Assembly: GCA_946402445.1 (NCBI GenBank)
Contig: CAMIWN010000008.1
Location: 11,836-75,835, forward strand
Direction: 5' to 3'
DNA: 64,000 nt
Origin: an uncultured Bacteroidales bacterium
GTDB lineage: Bacteria; Bacteroidota; Bacteroidia; Bacteroidales; F082
Shown: positions 27,531-36,172 of the stretch, in pieces
Numbering within the stretch: position 1 is the first letter of the stretch
Layout of the letters: every line of letters begins with the position of its first letter
Notes under the pieces: model-generated
What the model was told of the DNA's origin: nothing
Database searches by the model: none
The model's input: the letters and a program-made list of their open reading frames with translations, nothing else
Made by a program: the position numbers and the translations under genes

Positions 27531-28592
27531 TTATTCTAAGTTTAGGTTGGATGACACATATCTTCTCCATTTTTCCAGTACTTGGGTCATGTCATCGGGA
27601 AGTTCGGAGGTGAACATCATTTCTTTTTTGGTGGTGGGATGTACAAAGCCCAGCTCTTTGGCGTGGAGAGCGTGACGGGGCAACAGCTTGAAACAGTTGT
27701 CGATAAACTGCTTGTATTTTGAGAAAGTGGTGCCTTTCAAGATGACATCGCCGCCATACATGGCATCGTTGAAGAGGGGATGACCGATGTATTGTGAATG
27801 TACGCGGATTTGGTGAGTGCGTCCGGTCTCCAGCCGATATTCGTTCAAGGTGACGTAGCCGAAACGTTCCAGCACATGCCAATGGGTGATGGCCTCTTTG
27901 CCATGGTCGCCGTTAGGATAAACGGTCATCTTGCGGCGGTCGTTGGGGCTGCGTCCGATGTTTCCTTCGATGGTGCCTTCGTCCTCGTTGAAGTCGCCCC
28001 ACACCAAGGCGTGGTATCTTCTATGGATGGTATGCTCGAAGAACTGATGGGCGAGGATGGCTTGTGCGGTCTCGTTTTTTGCGACGATCATCAAGCCAGT
28101 GGTGTCCTTGTCAATGCGGTGAACGAGATAGCCGAATTTATTCTCAATGTTTTGTCCGGTTTGCTGAAAATGCCAAGCTAACCCGTGAAGCAATGTGCCT
28201 TCGAAATTTCCGTGACCGGGATGGACCACCAGCCCAGCTTGCTTGTTGATGACGATGACATCATTGTCCTCGTAAACGATGTTCAACGGAATCTCCTGCG
28301 GGGTGATGTTGATCTCACGCGGCGGATAGCTGAACACGATGGAAATGATATCATTAGGCTTTACCTTATAGTTTTGTTTCACCGCTTTTTCGTTCACCAG
28401 GATGTTGCCGGCCTTTGCGGCGTTTTGGACGCGGTTGCGCGAGATGTTTTGGATGTGGTTGGTCAGGAAAGTGTCGATACGCTCTTGTGCCTGGCCTTTG
28501 TCAACCACGATACGGATATGTTCGTAAAGCTCACCGCCCTCGTCTTCGGTGTTTTCGTTTTCAATGAGGTCGTCGAGAAGTTCTTCGCTCAT
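27531..28592 (-). CDS. rluD: 23S rRNA pseudouridine synthase, RluD family
   Basis: N-terminal S4 domain (RIDTFLTNHIQNISRNRVQ) and catalytic HRIDKDTTGLMIVAKN. Confidence 0.9.
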   Translation of the reverse strand: MSEELLDDLIENENTEDEGGELYEHIRIVVDKGQAQERIDTFLTNHIQNISRNRVQNAAKAGNILVNEKAVKQNYKVKPNDIISIVFSYPPREINITPQEIPLNIVYEDNDVIVINKQAGLVVHPGHGNFEGTLLHGLAWHFQQTGQNIENKFGYLVHRIDKDTTGLMIVAKNETAQAILAHQFFEHTIHRRYHALVWGDFNEDEGTIEGNIGRSPNDRRKMTVYPNGDHGKEAITHWHVLERFGYVTLNEYRLETGRTHQIRVHSQYIGHPLFNDAMYGGDVILKGTTFSKYKQFIDNCFKLLPRHALHAKELGFVHPTTKKEMMFTSELPDDMTQVLEKWRRYVSSNLNLE

Positions 28593-30469
28593 GGCTTAAC
28601 GGTGATTTTTCTGTTGATGATGCCTTCAGTGGTAGTGATGCTGATGAGATAGAGGCCTGGACTAAGCCCTTCGACCGACAGTTCAGGGGTGAATGTGGTC
28701 TGTAACACTTTCCTGCCAGTGATGTCATATAGGGCAATAGATTGTCCTTGCTTCACTCCTTCGATATGCAACAGGGAGGAAGTTGGATTCGGATACAGGC
28801 AGACTCCCGAGGTCTCCGGGTTTTCTTCCAAGCCGATGTAATAGCCTTTCCCAACGACAGGGCGTATCATGATGGATCCGGGCATACTGCTTTGTTGCCA
28901 CGAGCCATTGGTGTTGAAGTAGTTATATTGGGAGTTGTTGTTCGACATGTCGATGCCGATGTTAATCAAGCCGTTCTCACGTTGGACGAGTCCCACATAG
29001 AACGTGCCGTTGAGTCGGATGAGGTTGGGGAACTTATAAAAGGCAAACTGGTACAGGTTTTCTGACCAGATGGGTTTTTTATTAGCAAGCCGATACACTT
29101 CATCACCGGGCTTGCCGTTGTTGTCTTTCCAGATGACGATGTCGAAGTATTTGTTGTTGGCGTCGTTGAGGGTGTGGTTGAAGAGAATTTGCACGCCGCT
29201 CAGGGTGTCCATCTCCGACAGCTCAAATTTGACGGCAAAGGCCGCTGATGCAGGTTCCACGCCATACCCCATTTCGGGGGTGCCATCATCGTAGGCGAAA
29301 TAGTTGTAAAAGCCTTGGCGGTAAACCAGGGAGTCAACGAGAGGCGGGTTTGAAGTGGAGTCGCTGATGTATTGGCGGATGATGTAGGAGGTGGTGTCAC
29401 GGTCATAATCCAGAGAGAACAGCTGGGAGACGTAAGCCCAGTTCAACTGGCTGTAGGTCTGAGCGTTCACTTGCAGTTGAGCATGGCTGGCATAGTGGTA
29501 GTTTTGGGTGCCGTTCACCTGTTCCACCGTGTATTCGTGGGTGATGAGGTGGGGCTGGTTGTCGAGGTTGGATAGATGATACTCGTATTCTTCGGTGATG
29601 CTGGAAGTGGCATTGGCGCGATAGTGTTTGTATGGCATGGCCATGTAACGTTTCAGGAATGAGGGGGCGACACCCGTGAAGCTGATTTTCGGGTAAGAAG
29701 TGTCCTGTCCGCTACGGTTCCAGTTGAGATAGACTACGTCAATGTTCCATTGGTCCTCGTTGCCTCGGCTTGTGGGCTGTGCGCTGTTTGCGATGCTGGC
29801 GTAATTGTAGAAACGAAAGAAGAACGAAGAGGAGAAGTATTTCAGGTCGGTGATGGGGATCATGACCTGTTTGAAGTAATTGCTGTCGTTTTCTTGAAGG
29901 AACTGCGACAAGGATTGTCCCGGGGTGCTCCAGATGTGATACCAGGTGGTGTCGAACTCATTAGGGAGCCCGAATTCCAGGACCAGTGAGTCGTTGGTCT
30001 CAGGGGCCTGGCCGCATCCTTGCGGTTGATAGAAGAAGCTCAGATACAGCGAGTCGGCAGGGGTCAAGGCGCGTGGCTCTGGAGTGAACACGGAGTCGAG
30101 TCGGATCGGGGCTGAGGTGAGATGCTCAGCGATGAAAGGGTTGCTGATGGCGTAACTATAAACCTTCCCTTTTTCATCAAGGGCATCGAGGGTGGCGGTG
30201 TTGCGTGTGACAGGATGTACTGGGAAGCCTGAATTCACAAGGACGTTGCGGTCTGCCCACTTGCAGCTGTCGGGGTAGATGTAGGAACCCGAGAAGTCAT
30301 CGTAGAACGGCAATGTCTGTACTTGTGTCTGTCGGTTTTTGGAGGTCATGGAATCGTCTCCACGATAAAAACCGGTCAGATATTCCTGCGCTGTGATGAG
30401 GTTTGGAAGCAGGCAGAGCGAGAGTGCCAAGCTCCATAGTTTAAAACTCGTCTTCATAATTCTCTTCAT
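28589..30469 (-). CDS. Hypothetical secreted protein with T9SS C-terminal sorting domain
   Basis: Signal peptide (…LALSLCLLPNLITAQ). C-terminal CTD is CLYPNPTSSLLHIEG...GLYLISITTTEGIINRKITVKP. It overlaps both neighbouring genes. Confidence 0.65.
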   Translation of the reverse strand: MKRIMKTSFKLWSLALSLCLLPNLITAQEYLTGFYRGDDSMTSKNRQTQVQTLPFYDDFSGSYIYPDSCKWADRNVLVNSGFPVHPVTRNTATLDALDEKGKVYSYAISNPFIAEHLTSAPIRLDSVFTPEPRALTPADSLYLSFFYQPQGCGQAPETNDSLVLEFGLPNEFDTTWYHIWSTPGQSLSQFLQENDSNYFKQVMIPITDLKYFSSSFFFRFYNYASIANSAQPTSRGNEDQWNIDVVYLNWNRSGQDTSYPKISFTGVAPSFLKRYMAMPYKHYRANATSSITEEYEYHLSNLDNQPHLITHEYTVEQVNGTQNYHYASHAQLQVNAQTYSQLNWAYVSQLFSLDYDRDTTSYIIRQYISDSTSNPPLVDSLVYRQGFYNYFAYDDGTPEMGYGVEPASAAFAVKFELSEMDTLSGVQILFNHTLNDANNKYFDIVIWKDNNGKPGDEVYRLANKKPIWSENLYQFAFYKFPNLIRLNGTFYVGLVQRENGLINIGIDMSNNNSQYNYFNTNGSWQQSSMPGSIMIRPVVGKGYYIGLEENPETSGVCLYPNPTSSLLHIEGVKQGQSIALYDITGRKVLQTTFTPELSVEGLSPGLYLISITTTEGIINRKITVKP

Positions 30470-31349
30470 TATCAGATGGTTCTACCAAAGTGTCGTTGAT
30501 GAGTGCCAGCGAGTCAATCTCGGCTTGCTTTTCGGCGGCATATTTCAATGAGTCTTCCAACAGCATGGATTTGCTTTCCTTGTCGAAGTTAAACGACTTG
30601 GAAGAACGGTACCAAATATTCACAAAGGTGCCTGGTTTGACTGCTCCTTTGCTGTAGGGGGGATCCATTTTATATACTCTCATGTATTGGATGCTGTCGT
30701 TGTCCTCAAAGGTCTCGTTGCCGAGGTTCAGTCCATTCATGTTGAGCACATGCTGTACCTCTTCCGCGGGTGTGTTGTATAATTTGGGCAGTTTCACTTG
30801 CCGTTGGTCAGTTCCTAAGCCGACATACAGGGTGATTTTACTGCCTTTGACAATCTCGGTTCCAGGTTTGATGACTTGGCCGTCGTAACGCTGTTCGCGA
30901 ATGGCGTTTCTCGCAAAGTGATCCACATATTTCAGCTCTTTCACTTGGAGACCGTTCGATTCGAGAAGCACCAAGGCTTGCCTCAGCGAGAGGTTGTTCA
31001 GGTTGGGCATTTGAGCTTTCTCAGGAGTTTTTGCTACAATAATGTAATAAACATTGCGTCCATGTTTCACCTTGGAGTGCGGCAAAGGGTCTTGCTGAAC
31101 GATGGATCCGGGCTCTTGAGTCTTGGAATAGACGCTGTCGATGAGGATGAAATGATAGTCTCTCCCGTATTCGCTCTTGATTTCATCGATGGTCATCCCG
31201 CTGAAGTCGGGGAGTTCATAAACCTTGCCGTGGCGAGTGTAAACATTTAATAATTTGATTGTTAGCCACAGCAGGAAGAAGCTCGTCACAATGATGAGCA
31301 ACAGATGGATATAGAATTTCTTCTGTTTTAAGAACTGTAGTTTACCCAT
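30441..31349 (-). CDS. PASTA-domain membrane protein
   Basis: The start at MGKLQFLK... is supported by a -7 box 18 nt upstream. One TM segment, then three PASTA-like repeats (e.g. MPNLNNLSLRQALVLLESNGLQVKE...). Confidence 0.7.
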   Translation of the reverse strand: MGKLQFLKQKKFYIHLLLIIVTSFFLLWLTIKLLNVYTRHGKVYELPDFSGMTIDEIKSEYGRDYHFILIDSVYSKTQEPGSIVQQDPLPHSKVKHGRNVYYIIVAKTPEKAQMPNLNNLSLRQALVLLESNGLQVKELKYVDHFARNAIREQRYDGQVIKPGTEIVKGSKITLYVGLGTDQRQVKLPKLYNTPAEEVQHVLNMNGLNLGNETFEDNDSIQYMRVYKMDPPYSKGAVKPGTFVNIWYRSSKSFNFDKESKSMLLEDSLKYAAEKQAEIDSLALINDTLVEPSDNEENYEDEF

Positions 31350-31366
31350 ATTTACTAATTTAGCGG

Positions 31367-31374
31367 CAAAAATA
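31367..31374 (-). promoter_or_regulatory. -7 box TATTTTTG for the PASTA operon
   Basis: Reverse complement of CAAAAATA, 18 nt upstream of ATG 31349. Confidence 0.5.
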
Positions 31375-31390
31375 ACAAATAATTTTGAAA

Positions 31391-32368
31391 ATGAAGAATG
31401 TGGCAATAGTTTGTGGCGGAGATTCTGGAGAATTTGAGATTTCCGTCAAGAGTGCTCAGGTGGTGAAAAAAAATCTGGATCCTGAACTGTATAATTCAAA
31501 GATTATTGTGGTCTCAAAAAAAGGATGGTACGGACTCTTGAAAGACGGTACCCGGGTGGAAGTTGACAAGAACGATTTTTCCATTTCAGTTGGCGGTCAC
31601 AGGACGAAATTTGATGTGGTCTTCAACGCGGTTCACGGCGAGCCGGGCGAAAACGGGCCGCTTTCGGGCTATTTGGAGCTGTTGGGCATCCCCTGCACCT
31701 CTTCTGGATTAACCACCTGTGCCCTTACTTTCCATAAGGACTTTTGCAAGCGTGTGGTGGCTTCTTACGGGGTTAAGGTGTCGCCTTCCATCCTCATTAA
31801 CGAGGGTGAGAAATATGACGCTGATGAAATCATCAAGGAACTTGGCTTGCCTTTGTTTGTCAAGCCGACCTGCAATGGCTCCAGCGTGGGTGTTTCCAAG
31901 GTGAAGACCGCGGAAGACCTTGTACCGGCAGTTTTTACGGCCATGGCTGCTGGCAACCAGGTGATGTGTGAGAAGTTCGTCAACGGACGTGAGTTTGGTT
32001 GCGGCGCGATGCAATATAAAGGGAAGATGATGGTGTTTCCTTTGACAGAGATCTGTAGCAAGAACGAGTTTTTCGACTATGAAGCTAAATATACTGCTGG
32101 CAAATGCGATGAGATAACACCCGCCCAAGTGGATGAGAAGACGGAGATTGAAATCAAGTCCACCACTGCGATGCTGTATGAGAAACTGGAATGCAAAGGC
32201 TTCGTGCGGATGGATTATATCGTCAGTGACGAAGGCGTGTTCTTTATTGAGGCCAACATCGTTCCTGGCATGTCTGAAGCAAGCATCATCCCCGCTCAGG
32301 CTCGTTGCTTTGGCTTGTCACTCAGCGAGCTTTTCAACATGGCGATTGAAAATGCTCTGAAAGGTTAG
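31391..32368 (+). CDS. ddl: D-alanine--D-alanine ligase
   Basis: MKNVAIVCGGDSGEFEISVKSA... with an ATP-grasp core. ATG 31391 is preferred over the TTG at 31385 used by the track. Confidence 0.92.
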   Translation: MKNVAIVCGGDSGEFEISVKSAQVVKKNLDPELYNSKIIVVSKKGWYGLLKDGTRVEVDKNDFSISVGGHRTKFDVVFNAVHGEPGENGPLSGYLELLGIPCTSSGLTTCALTFHKDFCKRVVASYGVKVSPSILINEGEKYDADEIIKELGLPLFVKPTCNGSSVGVSKVKTAEDLVPAVFTAMAAGNQVMCEKFVNGREFGCGAMQYKGKMMVFPLTEICSKNEFFDYEAKYTAGKCDEITPAQVDEKTEIEIKSTTAMLYEKLECKGFVRMDYIVSDEGVFFIEANIVPGMSEASIIPAQARCFGLSLSELFNMAIENALKG

Positions 32369-32378
32369 TGGTGAAAAG

Positions 32379-32423
32379 TTAGAGGTTAGAGGTGCCTTCG
32401 GAAGAAAGACCTCTAACCTCTAA
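32379..32423. terminator. Bidirectional hairpin between convergent ddl and frr
   Basis: Perfect 15-bp stem TTAGAGGTTAGAGGT / ACCTCTAACCTCTAA, built from GTTAGAG heptamers, with a 15-nt loop. Confidence 0.75.
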
Positions 32424-32446
32424 ATTCTTACCTCTTATCTCTCACC

Positions 32447-33010
32447 TTAAACAGTCAGTATGTCTTTGGACTTCATCTCGGTGAGGTCATCGATTTTTTT
32501 GATGTATTTATCGGTGAGTTTCTGGATTTCCTCCTGAAGGAGTTTCGACTCGTCTTCAGAGATGGTGTCTTTTTCCAGTTTCTTGGCGTCGTCGTTGGCG
32601 TTGCGACGGATGCCGCGGATGCCCACCTTGGCGTCTTCAGCGGCAGTCTTGGTCCGTTTTACCAGCTCGCGACGACGTTCCTCTGTCAACGGTGGCACTG
32701 AGATACGGAGCAATTCGCCGTTATTCATCGGGTTGAATCCCAAATTGGCATTCAAGATGGCTTTGGCGATGTTGTTCAAGGCACTCTTGTCGAAAGGAAC
32801 CACGACAATCATACGTGCGTCGGGGCATCCGATGTTGGCAGTTTGTTCGATAGGCACTGTGGTGCCGTAGTATTCAACCATAACGCCGTTCAGCATGGCT
32901 GGACTGGCTTTTCCGGCTCTGATGCCTTGGAATTCATGCTCCAAGTGCTTGATGGTGTTGTCCATGCTTTCAGAGGCCTCGTCTAATACAAATTGGGATT
33001 CGTCTGTCAT
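32447..33010 (-). CDS. frr: Ribosome recycling factor
   Basis: I place the start at MTDESQFVLDEASESMDNTIKHLEHEF... (187 aa, typical size). A -7 box 20 nt upstream supports this. The track start at 33082 adds 24 aa. Confidence 0.92.
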   Translation of the reverse strand: MTDESQFVLDEASESMDNTIKHLEHEFQGIRAGKASPAMLNGVMVEYYGTTVPIEQTANIGCPDARMIVVVPFDKSALNNIAKAILNANLGFNPMNNGELLRISVPPLTEERRRELVKRTKTAAEDAKVGIRGIRRNANDDAKKLEKDTISEDESKLLQEEIQKLTDKYIKKIDDLTEMKSKDILTV

Positions 33011-33029
33011 ATCTTGTAAAATTTGTGAG

Positions 33030-33037
33030 CAAAAATA
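33030..33037 (-). promoter_or_regulatory. -7 box TATTTTTG for frr
   Basis: Reverse complement of CAAAAATA, 20 nt upstream of ATG 33010. Confidence 0.5.
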
Positions 33038-33078
33038 AGTAATTGTTGAGAAACAGCGGCTTTGTTTAGCAAAAAAAA

Positions 33079-34965
33079 TCACAAGGGTTGGTAAAGCCCC
33101 GTGAGTCTTGAGTTGAATTTAGTGTCATACCAATCCATTTTTGTTACAATCATTGTGCCTTTGTCTTGATCCCAAAGATAGATTTTTATGTTTTTTCCAG
33201 TGATTGGGAATTTCTTTTCATCAAAACGGATGGCATTTACCATCAAATGGGTGCCTGGGTAAAGGATACCGCTCTTTTCTGATGTGCCTTGCCATGAAAG
33301 GATGGAGTCGGTGGCTTTGTCATGTACTTCCATGATGAGGGTGCAGTGCGTTATCGTGTCTTGGGCCTGAATGGTGGCGACAACACCAAAAAGGTCGGTA
33401 TGGCTGTCGAGGGTGTCACCATCTACCAACGTAGGACGACCCCATTCTGTGCTGATATAGTAAATTGGCTCTTCTGACAAAGGATGTAACAGGTGGCGTG
33501 CCCCGGGTATCGAGTCCTTTGATAGGGTTAGATAACGGGAAGTAAACCAGGTGTTCTCATGGATCAGCCACGGGTAGTAGGCTACGGCTTGTGTTTCCCA
33601 AGTTGGAGAGATGTAGTCGGTCCAGCCTAATCCCAGCTTATTGGAGTCTCCCTTTTGAATCCATTGCCGCAAGTCGGCGACATCGTTTTCTTTGCCCAGG
33701 ATGATGCGGTCGTTAACCGTGGTTTTGCTTTGATAATATTCTGGCATGTAGGTCTCTTCGGTGATGGTGGCAAAGCGTATGTCGTCGAGACTGTCATGGT
33801 CCTGCTGCATCCTGACGGCGATTTGGTCGAAACCTTGATGGTACATCAGGTCGTAGTGTTGACGGTTGATGATGAGGGTCATAGAGCCGATGAATAGGAT
33901 GGAGGTCACGGCGAAGACTGTCTGTGTCTTGGTCATCGTGTTGTTCCGATAAATCGAGAAGGCTGCCAATACCAAGAAGGGGTAGCAGAAAATCAACGTG
34001 CTGAACTGGAGGATGGGTTCCCGCAAGAGGGAATAGGCAAGGGCAAGACCGAAAAGGATTAAAAACCAGGATACTGCTGCCCAGCGGACTGGCTTTTTGC
34101 GTTTTTCGTATTTCCCTAAGATGAATGGAAAGATGATGAGGAAGCCCACACAAAACATGAAGAGTGGGGCGTAGTTCATCGTGTATTGCAGGAAGTCGGT
34201 GAAGAAGGTGGCTTCGGGTTTCGCAAGCCAGCCGCCGATGCTGCCGTAAACAAAAGTTTGGTGGTAAAATACAGGGAGGTGTGGGGCGTAGAGTAGCAAG
34301 GCTCCAACGCCACTGAGCCAGTAGGGGAGACGACGTTCTTTTTTGAGGAAGAACAAGCCTGTGAGAAAAATCAGCCCCGCTTGAGCGGTCGAGAAGTTAT
34401 GTGCCAAGGCCGCTAGCCAGGCGGTGATAGCAAAGCCGATACAGGTGCCGACAGACGGTCGCTTGGGAGCAAAGAGGAGCTTGTCCCAAAAGCAAGTCAT
34501 GGACAACACAAAGAACAAGCCGGCAGCATAAGGACGTGCAAGCTGACTATAGAACACCGTCAGCTGACTTACCGCAAAGAAAGCAGCTCCAAGGAGACCA
34601 GTTTTGCGGTTAAACCATTGTTTGCCAATGACATAAATAAGAAATACCGAGCCGATACCCATAAGGGCAAAGGGGAGTTTCATCCAAAACTCACTCGTTC
34701 CGACAAGCTTGGTCCAATAATAGAGAAAGACCTGTACTCCCGCTGGATGCGAGTCGTTTTGACACACCCCGTACAGGATGAGATCCTTGAAATTGTCGAA
34801 TCGTAACCGATAGATGGCACTGAGCTCATCATGCATAAAGGGGATTTGCCCTAACTTCCACAATCGTAACACTGCAGCCACGACCAGAATCACCCCCAAC
34901 AGAAGATAATCCAATTTGACACTGGTCTTGTTCCTGACCGTCCTCAGATGATGTTTCCTATCCAT
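33079..34965 (-). CDS. ArnT/GT39-like polytopic glycosyltransferase with a large C-terminal extracytoplasmic domain
   Basis: More than 10 TM segments, with a DE motif in the first loop (PFMHDELSAIY). ATG 34965 (MDRKHH...) is preferred over the TTG at 34989. Confidence 0.65.
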   Translation of the reverse strand: MDRKHHLRTVRNKTSVKLDYLLLGVILVVAAVLRLWKLGQIPFMHDELSAIYRLRFDNFKDLILYGVCQNDSHPAGVQVFLYYWTKLVGTSEFWMKLPFALMGIGSVFLIYVIGKQWFNRKTGLLGAAFFAVSQLTVFYSQLARPYAAGLFFVLSMTCFWDKLLFAPKRPSVGTCIGFAITAWLAALAHNFSTAQAGLIFLTGLFFLKKERRLPYWLSGVGALLLYAPHLPVFYHQTFVYGSIGGWLAKPEATFFTDFLQYTMNYAPLFMFCVGFLIIFPFILGKYEKRKKPVRWAAVSWFLILFGLALAYSLLREPILQFSTLIFCYPFLVLAAFSIYRNNTMTKTQTVFAVTSILFIGSMTLIINRQHYDLMYHQGFDQIAVRMQQDHDSLDDIRFATITEETYMPEYYQSKTTVNDRIILGKENDVADLRQWIQKGDSNKLGLGWTDYISPTWETQAVAYYPWLIHENTWFTSRYLTLSKDSIPGARHLLHPLSEEPIYYISTEWGRPTLVDGDTLDSHTDLFGVVATIQAQDTITHCTLIMEVHDKATDSILSWQGTSEKSGILYPGTHLMVNAIRFDEKKFPITGKNIKIYLWDQDKGTMIVTKMDWYDTKFNSRLTGLYQPL

Positions 34966-34983
34966 GTTTACTTTAAGGTCATT

Positions 34984-35014
34984 CCCCAACCCCTCTTAAT
35001 TCTTAATTCTCAAT
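34984..35014 (-). repeat. Heptamer array (minus strand ATTGAGA-ATTAAGA-ATTAAGA-GGGGTTGGGG) directly after the pyrH stop
   Basis: The plus strand reads CCCCAACCCC-TCTTAAT-TCTTAAT-TCTCAAT. Same family as 6446-6479. The GGGGTTGGGG tail resembles 6547-6558. Confidence 0.7.
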
Positions 35015-35721
35015 TATTTGGTCACTAGCGTCCCAATATGTTCCCCTTGAAGCACCTTCAGGAGGTTCCCACGGGTGTTCATGTCGAAGACATACATAGG
35101 CATGTTGTTCTCTTTGCACATCGTGAAGGCGGTCATATCCATCACTTTGAGGTTGCGTTCGTAAGCCTCGTCGTAGGTTAACTGGCTGAACTTGGTCGCA
35201 GTCGGGTCTTTTTCGGGGTCAGCGGTGTAGATGCCGTCAACGCGAGTGCCTTTGAGTATGATGTCAGCTTTGATTTCCACAGCACGCAGGGCACTTCCTG
35301 TATCGGTGGTGAAGAAGGGGTTTCCAGTGCCGGCGCCCATGATGACGATATGGCCTTCTTCGAGCAGACGGATTGCCTTGGCACTGCTCATGGTGTCAGC
35401 GATACGGTCGATGTATAAACCGGAGAGCAGAGTGGCTTTCTGTCCCTTGCCTTGTAAGGTCGATTGCATGGCCATCGAGTTGATGACCGTGGCAAGCATG
35501 CCCATGTAATCGCCTTGGATGCGGTCCATGCCCTTGGATGCGCCTTGCAGGCCGCGGAAGATGTTGCCTCCACCGATGACGATGCCAATTTGCACGCCAG
35601 TCTTGGCAGCTTCGATGATTTCGTCAGCATATTCATTCAGACGTTGCGGGTCGATGCCATACTGCTGGCTGCCCATCAGTGCTTCGCCGCTAAGCTTTAA
35701 TAAAACTCGATTGTATTTCAT
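35014..35721 (-). CDS. pyrH: UMP kinase
   Basis: MKYNRVLLKLSGEALMG..., GGGNIFRG and GAGTGNPFFTTDT. Confidence 0.95.
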   Translation of the reverse strand: MKYNRVLLKLSGEALMGSQQYGIDPQRLNEYADEIIEAAKTGVQIGIVIGGGNIFRGLQGASKGMDRIQGDYMGMLATVINSMAMQSTLQGKGQKATLLSGLYIDRIADTMSSAKAIRLLEEGHIVIMGAGTGNPFFTTDTGSALRAVEIKADIILKGTRVDGIYTADPEKDPTATKFSQLTYDEAYERNLKVMDMTAFTMCKENNMPMYVFDMNTRGNLLKVLQGEHIGTLVTK

Positions 35722-35754
35722 TTTTGTCGTGTTTGTGTTTTTGTATTTAACCTA

Positions 35755-36108
35755 TTATTTGATGATGATTTCAATGGCATACTGGATTTCATCGTTATAG
35801 TTCTTCAGCCACCCGCTTATATTGTCAGGCATGTTTTCCGTGGTGAACTTGCCAGTTAGCGAGTAACCTAAAATGGGTAGTGCACAGTCATCGGCCGCAA
35901 CGACAACGAAACCTTTTTCTGCGTTGAAGACATATAGGTTAGAGAATCCAGCTGCTTTTGACAAGTCGTTCAATTGTGCGGATTTCGCGTCGTTGTTGTT
36001 AAAAAATGATGTGGCTACCTTGCGGGCCATAAAAGGAGAAACGTGCTCTGCCATTAAGGGCATTGCCGTCATAAAAAATAATCCGAACAATAAACTTCTG
36101 TAACTCAT
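35755..36108 (-). CDS. Stand-alone Spi/C10-propeptide-like domain protein (possible remnant of a C10 cysteine protease gene)
   Basis: A signal peptide is followed by a sequence typical of the N-terminal inhibitor/pro-domain of streptopain-family proteases (...NLYVFNAEKGFVVVAADDCALPILGYSLTGKF...). The ORF stops after 117 aa, and no catalytic domain follows. Confidence 0.5.
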   Translation of the reverse strand: MSYRSLLFGLFFMTAMPLMAEHVSPFMARKVATSFFNNNDAKSAQLNDLSKAAGFSNLYVFNAEKGFVVVAADDCALPILGYSLTGKFTTENMPDNISGWLKNYNDEIQYAIEIIIK

Positions 36109-36172
36109 TGTGAATTGTTTCTTTGTTAAAAATTTAATTAAATATCATATTTATATTGTTAATTCTTAACTA

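Noticed and set aside
31380-31387. TAATTTTG looks like a -7 box for ddl.
   Set aside because: It ends only 4 nt before the ddl ATG (31391), so a TSS ~7 nt downstream would fall inside the coding sequence. It may be fortuitous in the AT-rich divergent spacer. ddl may instead be transcribed from further upstream or as a leaderless mRNA.
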